Assembly (NCBI GenBank): GCA_010909165.1 | Contig: MU008160.1 | Coordinates: 248,001 to 312,000 of the forward strand | Direction: 5' to 3' | Source: Anthoceros angustus | Lineage: Eukaryota > Plantae > Anthocerotophyta | Length of the DNA stretch: 64,000 nucleotides | In this document: positions 50,641-63,487 of the stretch, piece after piece | Numbering within the stretch: the first letter of the stretch is position 1 | How the letters are laid out: every line of letters starts with the position of its first letter | The notes under the pieces: model-generated | The model's input: the letters and a program-made list of their open reading frames with translations, nothing else | What the model was told of the DNA's origin: nothing | Databases searched by the model: none | Translations under genes and position numbers: made by a program

Positions 50641-51266
50641 TTAGGAGGAGGCATGGCGCACGGGTTTCTTGGCAGAGCGAGATCTAACCACCATACCAAA
50701 CTAGAGAACTCGATGACATTACTAGATCTTTGAAGATAAAAATTCACGTGTTTGAAGGTTGTAAATGACGTTGTAAACCACGTTGTAAATGAGGTTGTAA
50801 ATGACGTTGTAAAACTATCAGCGATTGTGCAATAATAAAACAACCTATATACTTGCATATATAGCCCCACGTTCCTTGGTCTTCGACAATAATATATTGC
50901 ACGGATGGGCTTGTTCGCCACTGTAGTCTAATGTCTAATTCCGATTTGCCTGATGCAAAATGCGTTGTAAATGAGGTTGTAAATGAGGTTGTAAATGACG
51001 TTGTAAATGACGTTGTAAATGACGTTGTAAATGACGTTGTAAATGAGGTTGTAAATGAGGTTGTAAATGAGGTTGTAAATGACGTTGTAAAACTATCAGC
51101 GATTGTGCAATAATAAAACAACCTATATACTTGCATATATAGATAGCATTAGGAGGAGCCAGAGTCCGACAAAAATGCTATTGGTTGTCACGCGACAATA
51201 ATATATTGCACGGATGGGCTTGTTCGCCACTGTAGTCTAATGTCTAATTCCGATTTGCCTGATGCA

Positions 51267-51805
51267 AATGAGAATACAAGGGATTCTTTTGAGAGAAAAT
51301 GCAAGGAATTATTGCATCTAGCTGCCCTCTTACCTTATCCTTGTGAAAATGAGAATACAAGGGATTCTTTTGAGAGAAAATGCAAGGAATTATTGCATCT
51401 AGCTGCCCTCTTACCTTATCCTTGTGAAAATGAGAATACAAGGGATTCTTTTGAGAGAAAATGCAAGGAATTATTGCATCTAGCTGCCCTCTTACCTTAT
51501 CCTTGTGAAAATGAGAATACAAGGGATTCTTTTGAGAGAAAATGCAAGGAATTATTGCATCTAGCTGCCCTCTTACCTTATCCTTGTGAAAATGAGAATA
51601 CAAGGGATTCTTTTGAGAGAAAATGCAAGGAATTATTGCATCTAGCTGCCCTCTTACCTTATCCTTGTGAAAATGAGAATACAAGGGATTCTTTTGAGAG
51701 AAAATGCAAGGAATTATTGCATCTAGCTGCCCTCTTACCTTATCCTTGTGAAAATGAGAATACAAGGGATTCTTTTGAGAGAAAATGCAAGGAATTATTG
51801 CATCT
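51267..51805. repeat. Perfect 81-bp tandem repeat (~6.6 copies)
   Basis: A single copy of the same unit lies at 49781-49871, bounded by AAGGAATTAT direct repeats. Confidence 0.9.
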
Positions 51806-52139
51806 GCAAATTTTGCCACTTTGCTAAATAGGACTTGTGTATCACGTTGCATACGGTATAGAATTCAACACTTTGTTGATCTCGATATGCAGTGTTGCAA
51901 ACTAGCTTTCCACCAAGCTTTTGTAAAACTATCAGCGATTGTGCAATAATAAAACAACCTATATACTTGCATATATAGATATAAAGAATTCATTGTTTAT
52001 CGCTTCAAGATGTTGCTCCTCACGATTGCCTCTTCCGTTCTCTACTAGGTTAAGGAGATAAAAGCTGAGTCTGATGACAAGGCTGCACGCGACAGTGAGG
52101 CAGGTTACGCCAGACAGAAGGTCGCCGCTGAACTTGCAG

Positions 52140-53429
52140 AATACCACACCTGCTGGTTGGTGCTCTTGTGGGGATGGTGTTAACCTGGAAGCAGAGGTCG
52201 AAATGGTAGCAATACCTGCCACAAATTGCACGAAGCTAGTTACAGGAGGCTGACGCCAAAGGAGCGATTTGAACAATCCTTGGTCCGACCTGTGTGGCAA
52301 AATGAGAGATGGGATTGAATGCAGCGATATAGGCCAAGATGCAGAAGCTCGAGCTGGGCAGTCTTGCTGTACCTGATCGAAGTAGGGGACAGCCTCCGAT
52401 GCTGATTTGTTGTTGAAAGAAACTAGGGCATTTGCCTGTGCATTCAAGTTCCAAGAACAATGACATACAAAAGAAGGAGAAGCCTCAATTTGCATGGCCT
52501 GACGTGAAAAGTCTAAACACAGAAAGCAAGGAGCAGAGACGTCCCACCCCAACTCAAACTCTACCTTGGGCAATTTTCGATCCTTGCAGACGCATCCAAT
52601 GAGAACCTGCATGAGAGCCCCATTGCTGGAGACAAGCAATGCAATATAAACCAAGTAGTTATGGAAAAACTCATCCCGACACTCCACAGTCTGCTGTTCC
52701 TTGAGAGAGTATTTGCACGGAAGAAGACAAGAGCTTACCTGTGCCCGACGTTGTAGATTGGCAGATTTGCAACATCCTCAGCAGACAAGCCGGCTGGGGC
52801 AAATCCTGAATCCAACAAGATATCGAGGGAATCATTGAACTTCCGATGAAGCTCCAAAGCGCATGCTGAATGGTCAAACGTTATGCTATACGGAGTTGCC
52901 ACGATCAGATAGCCCTCCTTTGCCAAGAGTTCAATGAAAAGCCTGGGCGGGGCAACGACGTCACGGATCAAAATGCACTGCCGCATCCAGATAGCCATGA
53001 CACAGATTTCATGCATAACAGAAACACGACCTTGCCAAGGGAAATGTGATGGTACCTGTAGGTTAGCTCAGGGGCTCGGCCGATGAATGCACCGCCCAGG
53101 AAATGTATCAACCCCTTGGGCTTCCTGCTCCTCGACAGCACCGGTGAGTGAACAAAGGATTCTCCCACCTTCACACCAGGCTCTCTGCCATACCTGACTG
53201 CTTCAGAGAACGTGCTGCGTGTGGCCAGGCAGCGTCGGCGAGCCTTCACCTCCCCACAACCCACAACACATCTCCCAGGAACAGCATGACGCAGTCCTGG
53301 TCCCCAAGAGGAGAAACTCGCAGGGCGCCCAATTGTGAAAACCCTCCCACATTCTAGGGGTCGGGGATGCGGAGCGCCATACGAGCTGCTGCAGCCCACA
53401 GCCCTTGTGGGTGCCCAGGTGCAGGACAT
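52140..53429 (-). CDS. DUF1350 protein, copy 3 (5' half only)
   Basis: Near-identical to copies 1 and 2; includes HFLGGAFIGRAPELTY. Confidence 0.75.
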
Positions 53430-53481
53430 TGCGAAGCTCCGTAAGCCCACCTCAGGTTGACATCCACGGGCAAGGGTGCAG

Positions 53482-54214
53482 ATGGGTCTTCAAGCCTGGA
53501 CAGCAGCAGCAGCAGCAGCAGCTGTACGGACCTTGGCCACAATCTCCTCAGCTTCCAAGGCCCGCCCAGTTCAAGTTGCGCTGCGAAGGTCTCCCCCGGA
53601 CCATCCCTTCCTCAATGTGAGCACCACGACTCCCAAACCCCAAACGCTTCAAACTGCTCTTCCTCTTGGACTTCCTTCCTGCTTCCGAAGGTCTCTGACT
53701 ACAAATGCAGGCTCTCGAGGTGCAATTCGATGACGGTAACCACTTCCGCTTCACAGCCGAGTTCCTGCGAGTGCACAGCCCAGCTGCCGACAGCAAAGGG
53801 CCCAGAGCACGAAAAGAGCAGAAGGTAGCTTCGTCCCACACAACCCACCATCATCCCTCTCTTGACCAGATATGGAGGTGGGCGATACGTTAACTCTGGA
53901 GTCGAACTACAAAACGCAGGTTATATCTGGGAGGAAGCACGTCGGCATTGTCTCCGTGGAGGCTGTTGGGAACTACGGGATTCGGTACACACATCTCTAT
54001 CAACAACTATCGGTCACCAGATGCTACTGTGCTTCATCTGAACTACGTGCGCATGGCTTGCAGGATTTCCTTCGATGATCTACACAACACCGGGATTTAC
54101 CCTTGGGAGTTTCTTCACTTCATGGGCGAACACAAGTTTTCTTTGATGAGGGAGTACATCAAGTCTCTTAGGAAGCAGGGTCTCATCAGGGAGCCTTCCA
54201 GAAAGAAGATGTGA
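53482..54214 (+). CDS. DUF971 / GBBH-like N-terminal domain protein, copy 2 (4 exons; exon 1 frame uncertain)
   Basis: AEFLRVHSPAAD, VISGRKHVGI, VGNYGIR, ISFDDLHNTGIYPWEFL...LIREPSRKKM*, with GT-AG introns. Confidence 0.88.
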
Positions 54215-55769
54215 CCAGTTTAACGGCGTTGGCATAGTGACCATGTGCCCTTCACGCTTGCGTTGTTCCAGGTGCCTGGTCCCGGTTTGTCCTTGTCGCG
54301 ATTGTAGTTAACGTTTTATGGACTCTTCTTTTCTCTCCTGATTCGTTTCATGGACTCTTGTCCAGAGTCTAGAAAGCCTTTGGACCAGGCAAGTCTCTAA
54401 ATAGTGGCCCTTTGGACAAGCAAGTCTCTAAATAGTGACTCTTTTTTTCTCTCACGATTCTTGCATGGACTTTGTCCACAGTGTAGAAAGAAGAAGAAGA
54501 ATTTCATTTGGATCCACATAGGACTACATTGAACAAGCAATAGACAAGCAAGTCTATAAATAGTGTAAGACGAAGAATTTGCTACAGTCCATCAAGGATG
54601 GCTTTTTCTTCATGGACTTAGTCTCCGACAACCTGTATCATGGTGTGCTTGAGCTCTTTTAGTTTTATCTCGTATCATGGTGTGCTTAGGTTAATTCTAA
54701 TGCATCTTGATCCTGGTATGCTGAAGCTATTTCAATTACATCTAGTATCATGTACTGTTTAAGCTATTTCAATTGCATCTTGTATCATCTTGTATCATGC
54801 AGTGTTTAAGTTATTTCAATTACATCTTGCATCTTGCTGTGTTTAAGCTATTTCAATTGCATCTGCAAATTTTGAACGAGGGCTACGACACAAATTAGGT
54901 AGGGGTGGAAGTGTTGTAACTATCCACAACTTAGATTAGGTGCATGCAGAAAATAGAAAATTTAAAATTTTGAATGAGGGTTACGACACAAATTAGGTAG
55001 GGGTGGAAATGTTGTAACTATCCACAACATAGATTAGGTACATATAAAAAATAAAATTTTTAATTGAACATGTTTATTCATGTATATAGATATAAAGAAT
55101 TAATATTCTCCAATTCTCATGATAAATATTGATTGAGAAGGAAAAAAAGACATAAATACTTTATAAATAAATAAATAAAAATACAGATAGACTGAAATAT
55201 AGGAATTCCACTTACATAACACAACTCAAACTTGGATAAACTCCACCAAGGAGTTGAAAATGATTGAATGAATACCTAGGTCAGGGCGCGTGGGTGAGTT
55301 TCAGGCATCTAAAATAGATAGCATTAGGAGGAGCCAGAGTCCGACAAAAATGCTATTGGTTGTCACGCGACAATAATATATTGCACGGATGGGCTTGTTC
55401 GCCACTGTAGTCTAATGTCTAATTCCGATTTGCCTGATGCAAAATGCGTTGCTGTGTGCTTGTGTTTCTGGTCATGCGTGGAGTGTCGAGGCTCCAAAGG
55501 GCCTTGTTCGGCCACCATCTCGAGCGTGGCGGGCGAAGGGCCCGCGGTCGATCGGTCGGGACTGGACCCAAGCGCGATCGCCCTCGGCCTGTGCGCGGGC
55601 TTGCGGTGCCCCGTTCCGGCATGACCTGACAGGAGGAGACAGGCCGGATCTTGCCTCATGTCGGAGGCGCTTGTTGCTGCTGCGTCTCGAGATCTCAGGG
55701 TCGGGTGCGGCCTGGAGGGTCCATGGTTGGAGGAGACGGCTTCGGGGATTGGCGGGGGATTTTGCAGAT

Positions 55770-56426
55770 CTGTGAATGGGGATCACCTGAGCAGAGGCTG
55801 TGAAGAAAGTGGAGGTCGGCTGGGATCCAGTGCATGGAGCTGTTCTGGAGGACGCTGAGGACGAAAGTGCCCAAGTCAAACAGAAGGATGTCGAGATGGG
55901 TAAGCTCGCATGCACCTCCTTCTATTTTGTGCTAGGTGTGATATCCGGCATGACTGAAGCTGCGGCCTGGCCATATGCAGAGGGGCCACTGAGACCGGCA
56001 AGCCTTTTGCAAAAGGATGTAATCCTGAATACCACACAGATTATGACGGGTTGGCTGTGAGATGGGGTCTCACACATCCAACAGATACCGCAGCAGATTG
56101 CTGTCAAGCATGTCATGATCAGGCAAGAAATGCCAAGGACGGTGAACTGAAATGCAACATATGGGTGTACTGTCCTTCAGAGGAGGGTTGTTTTTCCCCA
56201 GATATATATGAACACAAACATCATGAATGCTGGTTGAAACAGGTTGGTCCTGTCGTTCAAGCTTACTTTCCATTTCGCGACACGAATTCCAATACTCTGC
56301 GTTGACGCAAACGGCTGTTGTCCTCTGCAGGCGTTGGAACCAAAGCTGAATTTTAAAGGTACGTACCTCATCCCACCCAAAAGCTCCGACTGTCGTGCCT
56401 TGGGTATCGGGGTCATCAGCGAATAG
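55770..56426 (+). pseudogene. Partial duplicate (3' exons) of the PAN/Apple-domain gene
   Basis: Near-identical to 59403-60077, with a short deletion in the last exon. Confidence 0.7.
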
Positions 56427-56638
56427 GGACATTCTTTGGCCAGCTCCTTAATTCTGAGACAACAAATTCCCGTTATTGGGTACCTTCTACCTATGAACTT
56501 AAGATCAGTTTAACCCAGCGGAGCCCTCCTTTGGGTATTCACCTGAACGCACTTCGGACCTCAGCCATAGTTATCTTATGGTTTCTCTGCTACCCACCTA
56601 GTACGAACTGATTATGTACGACGATACCTTCTTTCAGC

Positions 56639-57639
56639 CTATGTCCAACGGGAGGGCCAATATGCATGAATCTGGTAACCTGTCTTCCAATTGTCCAAAA
56701 ACATGACTGCCCGGACGGCCCAGAAGCAGACTGTCATGCCGACCACCATGACAGTCCGCTGCACCATCCTGGACCTGAGCCGGACGACGAAATGGCTCAC
56801 GGCAGCCACAGTAACCCTGACAAGAGTGTAGAGGAATCCGACCACAAAGCCCTCAGCTCCGAGCATGCCAGACTGCTGGTAGAAGAACAGCAGCTTCCCG
56901 GGATTGCTCCGATCCGGCATGAAGAGCGGCATCCCGCGGATGATGTTAAACATGCCGCCGGAGACGCTGAAGAAGTAGATCAAGAGCGCCCCTCCGCACC
57001 ACACCTCCCGCTCATGCAGCGGCGAGTTCGGCGCCATAAGCATCTTCGCCACGAAGGAGCGGCCACCAGCAATCCTCCCGCCAGAACAATCATCTGCTGC
57101 GCGACACCAGCGGCGGCCGCTGAATTTGCCCTACCTTGAACCCGGTGCGCCTCCACGAACGCCGCGATGCTATCTGCAGGGACATGTCCCCGGCTCCGCG
57201 GCATGGCTCTGCTTCAGCTCCACCTTACCTGGGGCAGGTGCCGGATGCTCGGCAGCGAGTTCACTCCGAACAAGGCAAAGCTCCCGGGACTCTGCTTGAA
57301 CTCCATGTCCACGAAGAAAACCTTGAAGCCGCCGGCTGGTCCTGGTTGTGCTTGGCATAGGATGTGGCGACCAGACCGAACTCCCGCCTCAACTCCTCCA
57401 GCTTCAGCCCGTCTTCTCCGCAGCTGCAGCGCATCGAAGAAGAAGATGAGCGAGTACGGCCGGCCCTCAGGCTGCATCGCAAACCTCCTCAGGCCGCCAT
57501 CATCCAGCCGGATCACGCCGTCCGCCGCCTGCTCCTGCTGCAGTAACAGATCCGCAATGCGATCGTCATTGCTCTCGGCCGCGGCAAACGCCTGGGCCGC
57601 TAGCAGCAAGGCCGCCACAACCAAAGCCGTCCTCCACAT
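56639..57639 (-). CDS. Oligosaccharyltransferase subunit OST3/OST6, copy 1 (intronless; frameshifts likely errors)
   Basis: Signal peptide, GVIRLDD, RPYSLIFFFDA, FALFGVNSLP, YFFSVSGGMFNIIRGMP, GAEGFVVGFLY, LDNWKTGY. Confidence 0.85.
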
Positions 57640-58260
57640 CTCCCTTCACTTCCTCCCTCCGATCAGGCTTCCTTCTGCGAGATTCACTGAATTCCGCCCA
57701 GGTTTCCACACGGGGCACCTTTTAAACAGAGTCAGTCCCCGTTCCGTTTCAATCTCAGGGTACACCGGTTTCTTTGAGTGCTAGACTTCTTCAATATTCT
57801 CTCACTATTATTAGTATTTTTTACTTTTGTTTATATTATTTATTGAGTAATTCATTCTAATACTATTATGGCATACAGAGAAAACTTCTTGTAACCTTTT
57901 TCTTTTATGCGGAAAACGTCTTGTGGACCCCTTTTTTGGGGTGCCGAGGTGGCGCATCACCTGGCTTAGAGCTCCAACTTGCCCTCGGCCTGTGCGCGGG
58001 CTTGCGGTGCCCCGTTCCGGCATGACCTGACAGGAGGAGACAGGCCGGATCTTGCCTCATGTCGGAGGCGCTTGTTGCTGCTGCGTCTCGAGATCTCAGG
58101 GTCGGGTGCGGCCTGGAGGGTCCATGGTTGGAGGAGACGGCTTCGGGGATTGGCGGGGGATTTTGCAGATCGATGGTGATTCTGCCGTCTGAGAATGGTT
58201 AGGCTTTAGGCGGGAAAGATAGGAAGGAGGAGCTGTCGGCTCCTGGTGCTGGGAGGAGGC

Positions 58261-60077
58261 ATGGCGCACGGGTTTCTTGGCAGAGCGAGATGCTCGTACA
58301 AGCATGCGACTATGGTGGTGTGCGGAGGGAATGTGGTGGCCGCGCTTGTCATGTTGCATTCTCTGCTCAGTCCGGTTTATTTCCATCGGCCGTCTATGCA
58401 GAGCTGGACGTTGCAGGAATCGAGCGATGGTATGTGTGCGGGTGCATGCGTCTGCATGCAGGGGGGGGGGAGCAGGGATCGGGTAGGATGGAAGTGTGGA
58501 GGTGGAATTTGGATGCTTGGCTGGTGTTGGTGATGCTTGGCGCGGCTAGGGTTGGTTGTACAGTTTTTGGATTCGGGTTTGGATTGTGCTGGATTGGTGT
58601 GTGTTGGAAGGCGGCTGTATTCGATTTGGTAGGGTTTTTTTCTGTATTTGACGGAGGTTTGCTTCTCGATATGCAGTGTTGCAAACTGAAGCTGAAGAGA
58701 AAGACATCAGAGAACTTCATGCGGCGCGATTGAAAGCAGTGCCGCATGCGCTTATACAAAGGGTATAGTACTGCCTGCCGATGACTTCAATGTGGCCGAC
58801 TTTTGCTTGTCTGGCTCCAGTTTATTATTTTTGAGGGGTGCATTTCACGTGGTCTCTTTGAGGTGTGCATTTCACATGGTCTCCTCACGATTGCCTCTTC
58901 CGTTCTCTACTAGGTTAAGGAGATAAAAGCTGAGTCTGATGACAAGGCTGCACGCGACAGTGAGGCAGGTTACGCCAGACAGAAGGTCGCCGCTGAACTT
59001 GCAGAAAGGGTTAAAGAGCTAAAGAATTCGAACAACCAGAGTAGCCAGCAAGGTTGGTTCCTTCAGTCTGTCATCCCCTGTCTTCTTCAATCCCTCCTGA
59101 GGTTCTCTGCCCTGTACTTATTGGAAGGTCGTTGCGTGAAACCTAAGCGCCTTTGCTGTGTCACTCTGTAGCTTTCGAAGAATGGCGGAAAAAGTCTCAG
59201 CAACGGGCTGAAGAGAAAGCTAGGGGGGCCAGCTCAGGTGTGACCCAGAACTTGCTGCGGTGTGACTGATTGGCAGTGCATCGAAAGATGTGCACCTGGG
59301 ATTGCAGGCTTTCAGTCATAGCTTCATTCTTTTGGACTGTCTGCAGACACTTTGGCGTTGCAGTAGTAGCAACTTAAGGGCTGTGGGCTACATGTTTGCA
59401 AATCTGTGAATGGGGATCACCTGAGCAGAGGCTGTGAAGAAAGTGGAGGTCGGCTGGGATCCAGTGCATGGAGCTGTTCTGGAGGACGCTGAGGACGAAA
59501 GTGCCCAAGTCAAACAGAAGGATGTCGAGATGGGTAAGCTCGCATGCACCTCCTTCTATTTTGTGCTAGGTGTGATATCCGGCATGACTGAAGCTGCGGC
59601 CTGGCCATATGCAGAGGGGCCACTGAGACCGGCAAGCCTTTTGCAAAAGGATGTAATCCTGAATACCACACAGATTATGACGGGTTGGCTGTGAGATGGG
59701 GTCTCACACATCCAACAGATACCGCAGCAGATTGCTGTCAAGCATGTCATGATCAGGCAAGAAATGCCAAGGACGGTGAACTGAAATGCAACATATGGGT
59801 GTACTGTCCTTCAGAGGAGGTTGTTTTTCCCCAGATATATATGAACACAAACATCATGAATGCTGGTTGAAACAGGTTGGTCCTGTCGTTCAAGCTTACT
59901 TTCCATTTCCCGGCGACACGAATTCCAATACTCTGCGTTGACGCAAACGGCTGTTGTCCTCTGCAGGCGTTGGAACCAAAGCTGAATTTTAAAGGTACGT
60001 ACAGCGAGGAGTACCGCTCATCCCACCCAAAAGCTCCGACTGTCGTGCCTTGGGTATCGGGGGTCATCAGCGAATAG
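58261..60077 (+). CDS. Conserved plant membrane-anchored protein with C-terminal PAN/Apple-like domain; multi-exon
   Basis: N-terminal SYKHATMVVCGGNVVAALVML hydrophobic segment; C-terminal AVRWGLTH...AADCCQAC...CNIWVYCP...CWLKQ|...APTVVPWVSGVISE*. The internal exons were not fully resolved. Confidence 0.8.
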
Positions 60078-60298
60078 GGACATTCTTTGGCCAGCTCCTT
60101 AATTCTGAGACAACAAATTCCCGTTATTGGGTACCTTCTACCTATGAACTTAAGATCAGTTTAACCCAGCGGAGCCCTCCTTTGGGTATTCACCTGAACG
60201 CACTTCGGACCTCAGCCATAGTTATCTTATGGTTTCTCTGCCTACCATGCTACCCACCTAGTACGAACCGATTATGTACGACGATACCTTCTTTCAGC

Positions 60299-61310
60299 CT
60301 ATGTCCAACGGAGGCCAATATGCATGAATCTGGTAACCTGTCTTCCAATTGTCCAAAACATGACTGCCCGGACGGCCCAGAAGCAGACTGTCATGCCGAC
60401 CACCATGACAGTCCGCTGCACCATCCTGGACCTGAGCCGGACGACGAAATGGCTCACGGCAGCCACAGTAACCCCGACAAGAGTGTAGAGGAATCCGACC
60501 ACAAAGCCCTCAGCTCCGAGCTGCATGCCAGACTGCTGGTAGAAGAACAGCAGCTTCCCGGGATTGCTCCGATCCGGCATGAAGAGCGGCATCCCGCGGA
60601 TGATGTTAAACATGCCGCCGGAGACGCTGAAGAAGTAGATCAAGAGCGCCCCTCCGCACCACACCTCCCGCTCATGCAGCGGCGAGTTCGGCGCCATAAG
60701 CATCTTCGCCACGAAGGGAGCGGCCACCAGCAATCCTCCCGCCAGAACAATCATCTGCTGCCGCGACACCAGCGGCGGCCGCTGAATTTGCCCTACCTTG
60801 AACCCGGTGCGCGCCTCCACGAACGCCGCGATGCTATCTGCAGCCCGGGACATGTCCCCCGGCTCCGCGGCATGGCTCTGCTTCAGCTCCACCTTACCCG
60901 GGGGCAGGTGCCGGATGCTCGGCAGCGAGTTCACTCCGAACAAGGCAAAGCTCCCGGGACTCTGCTTGAACTCCATGTCCACGAAGAAAACCTTGAAGCC
61001 GCCGGCTGGTCCTGGTTGTGCTTGGCATAGGATGTGGCGACCAGACCGAACTCCCGCCTCAACTCCTCCAGCTTCAGCTCCGTCTTCTCCGCAGCTGCAG
61101 CGCATCGAAGAAGAAGATGAGCGAGTACGGCCGGCCCTCAGGCTGCATCGCAAACCTCCTCAGGCCGCCATCATCCAGCCGGATCACGCCGTCCGCCGCC
61201 TGCTCCTGCTGCAGTAACAGATCCGCAATGCGATCGTCATTGCTCTCGGCCGCGGCAAACGCCTGGGCCGCTAGCAGCAAGGCCGCCACAACCAAAGCCG
61301 TCCTCCACAT
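60299..61310 (-). CDS. Oligosaccharyltransferase subunit OST3/OST6, copy 2
   Basis: Same motifs as copy 1, including QSGMQLGAEGF; ATG at 61310. Confidence 0.9.
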
Positions 61311-63416
61311 CTCTCCCTTCACTTCCTCCCTCCGATCAGGCTTCCTTCTGCGAGATTCACTGAATTCCGCCCAGGTTTCCACGGGGCACCTTTTAAACAG
61401 AGTCAGTCCCCGTTCCGTTTCAATCTCAGGGTACACCGGTACACCGGTTTCCCTTTGAGTGCTAGACTTCTTCAATATTCTCTCACTATTATTAGTATTT
61501 TTACTTTTGTTTATATTATTTATTGAGTAATTCATTCTAATACTATTATGGCATACAGAGAAAACTTCTTGTAACCTTTTTTCTTTTATGCGGAAAACGT
61601 CTTGTGGACCCCCCCTTTTTTTTTTGGGGTGCCGAGGTGGCGCATCACCTGGCTTAGAGCTCCAACTTGGTGCCTGAAGCTAGCTAAAATCTCACCTAGG
61701 CTCATCAGTCCATGCGCGGTTGTTGGGCCGTCCTCGGTCAAATGCATCGATCGCTTATTTCTAGGCGTTGTTTTTTATCGTAAATTATGATCTAAGGCGT
61801 TATTTTTTATCATAAACCATGATCTAGGCGTTATTTTTTTTATCATGAACCATGATTCCCGATGGCAATCCTCCGATCAGGTTTGGTTAGTGGTCTAGCC
61901 GCAATAAAAAAAACAAATAAATTAGAAAATAACGGTCGACTGGCCCAACTTGAGCTCCTTAAAACGAAAACCGAACTAGGGCAAAGCTAGACCTTCACCT
62001 AGGTGCCCCAAGCTAGGTGGTGGGCCAGCTCCACAAAGTTTTCTGCTCCACACAAATGTTTTCCTCCAAACTTTTTGGTGACGAGATTGGTATGCTACAT
62101 ACTATGTGTAACGTATGCAAATAAGTTTGATGACATTTATACAAAGGAAAAACCAATGACATTTGATAGATATGGTAGATGAGTAAGAGGATAGTATGGC
62201 GTACCGATTTGCACTACCTCAATTTTTGAGTTATCGCTCAGGTGGAGCTCCAGCTCCGCGCATGGAGGGAGCTAGAGCTGGAGCCTTGCCCCCAAAGAAA
62301 GCCAGTGGTCGATCCGTTGCGATCGGCTTGATTGATTCAATTGCCTAAGGCCAATCTAAATCAAGCTTAAATCAATATGCATATGAACTAATTCGGGCCT
62401 AAGAGGTAGCACTTGCAAGATCGAGGAGATGGTGCATGTTTTTGAGAGGATTTGTAGCAGAGTGTGAAGCTGATGCCGCATTCTACAAGTTGTGGCTGGC
62501 AAGTAGCATGCAGTATGCTGCGCTGCCATGCCAATTCTTGCAATGACACCATTGTTTCAGGAACAGGGCCTCATGACTTCACGATCTAGTCACTAACTGG
62601 GTCATGTTCCTCTTACTTCCTTCCTTCCCCATTCTAAATTCAAACCCCCAATCACACCTTAGGACATCGATCGAAAGCACTCTTGGTTCATATATGGTTC
62701 ATTGCATTGGAGGAAGGTTCATATATGGTTCATTGCATTGGAGGAATCAGCAGAGGCTGAGATGAATGGATGGAGCTTATATTCATTTTAAGCACAACTT
62801 AATGTTAGCTTGATCGATTCATGTGCATGTGTAAATCATTTCAAGCTTAGATTTAGGTCTAAACGTTTTAGGCAATTCAAGCCTGAATGTATCATGCAAT
62901 TCAAGTCTAAACACTTGAGATTTGTTCAGCATCATAATCAGCATAAATCACGCGGAGGTGGAACTTCAAGTGGCTCCATTGGCCAAGGTGTAGTTTGAGC
63001 TCCACGTCGGGTAAGAAAAAACGAAGAAAACTTTCGAGTGTTATAAGGATAAAAGTAAAAGAAAACAAACCTAGTAAAAAATAAAATAAACATGACGACT
63101 TTATAAATGTACAAAGATGGGAAGTCCGATCTACACTGGGGCGATGGGCAGAAACAACCCTCTAGAACGCCCCGGGTCAGGGGGGACTAGGCCCCCCAAT
63201 GTTTAAAAAATAATACATTAAGATTAGAGAAAAAGGTGGAGGACTAAACAAAAATGAAAGAGGAGTAATGGGATGGATAGAAGTAGAAAAGAAGAGTAGG
63301 AATAATGGATCCCTCCGCATTGCGAGATTCGAACTCGCGACCTCCTGCACTTGGCTACAACTGAGCAGGAAACCCTTGTACGAAAAAAGGGCCAATATTT
63401 GTCCACTCAAGTGAGG

Positions 63417-63487
63417 TGCACCGGCCGGGAATCGAACCCGGGTCTGTACCGTGGCAGGGTACTATTCTACCACTAGACCACCGGTGC
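63417..63487 (-). tRNA. tRNA-Gly (GCC)
   Basis: GCACCGGTGGTCTAGTGGTAGAATAGTACCCTGCCACGGTACAGACCCGGGTTCGATTCCCGGCCGGTGCA, 71 nt, cloverleaf with GCC anticodon; a T6 Pol III terminator lies ~28 nt downstream. Confidence 0.98.

Noticed and set aside
63380-63416. Dicistronic tRNA-Gly-snoRNA
   Set aside because: The Pol III terminator follows within ~28 nt and there are no box C/D motifs.
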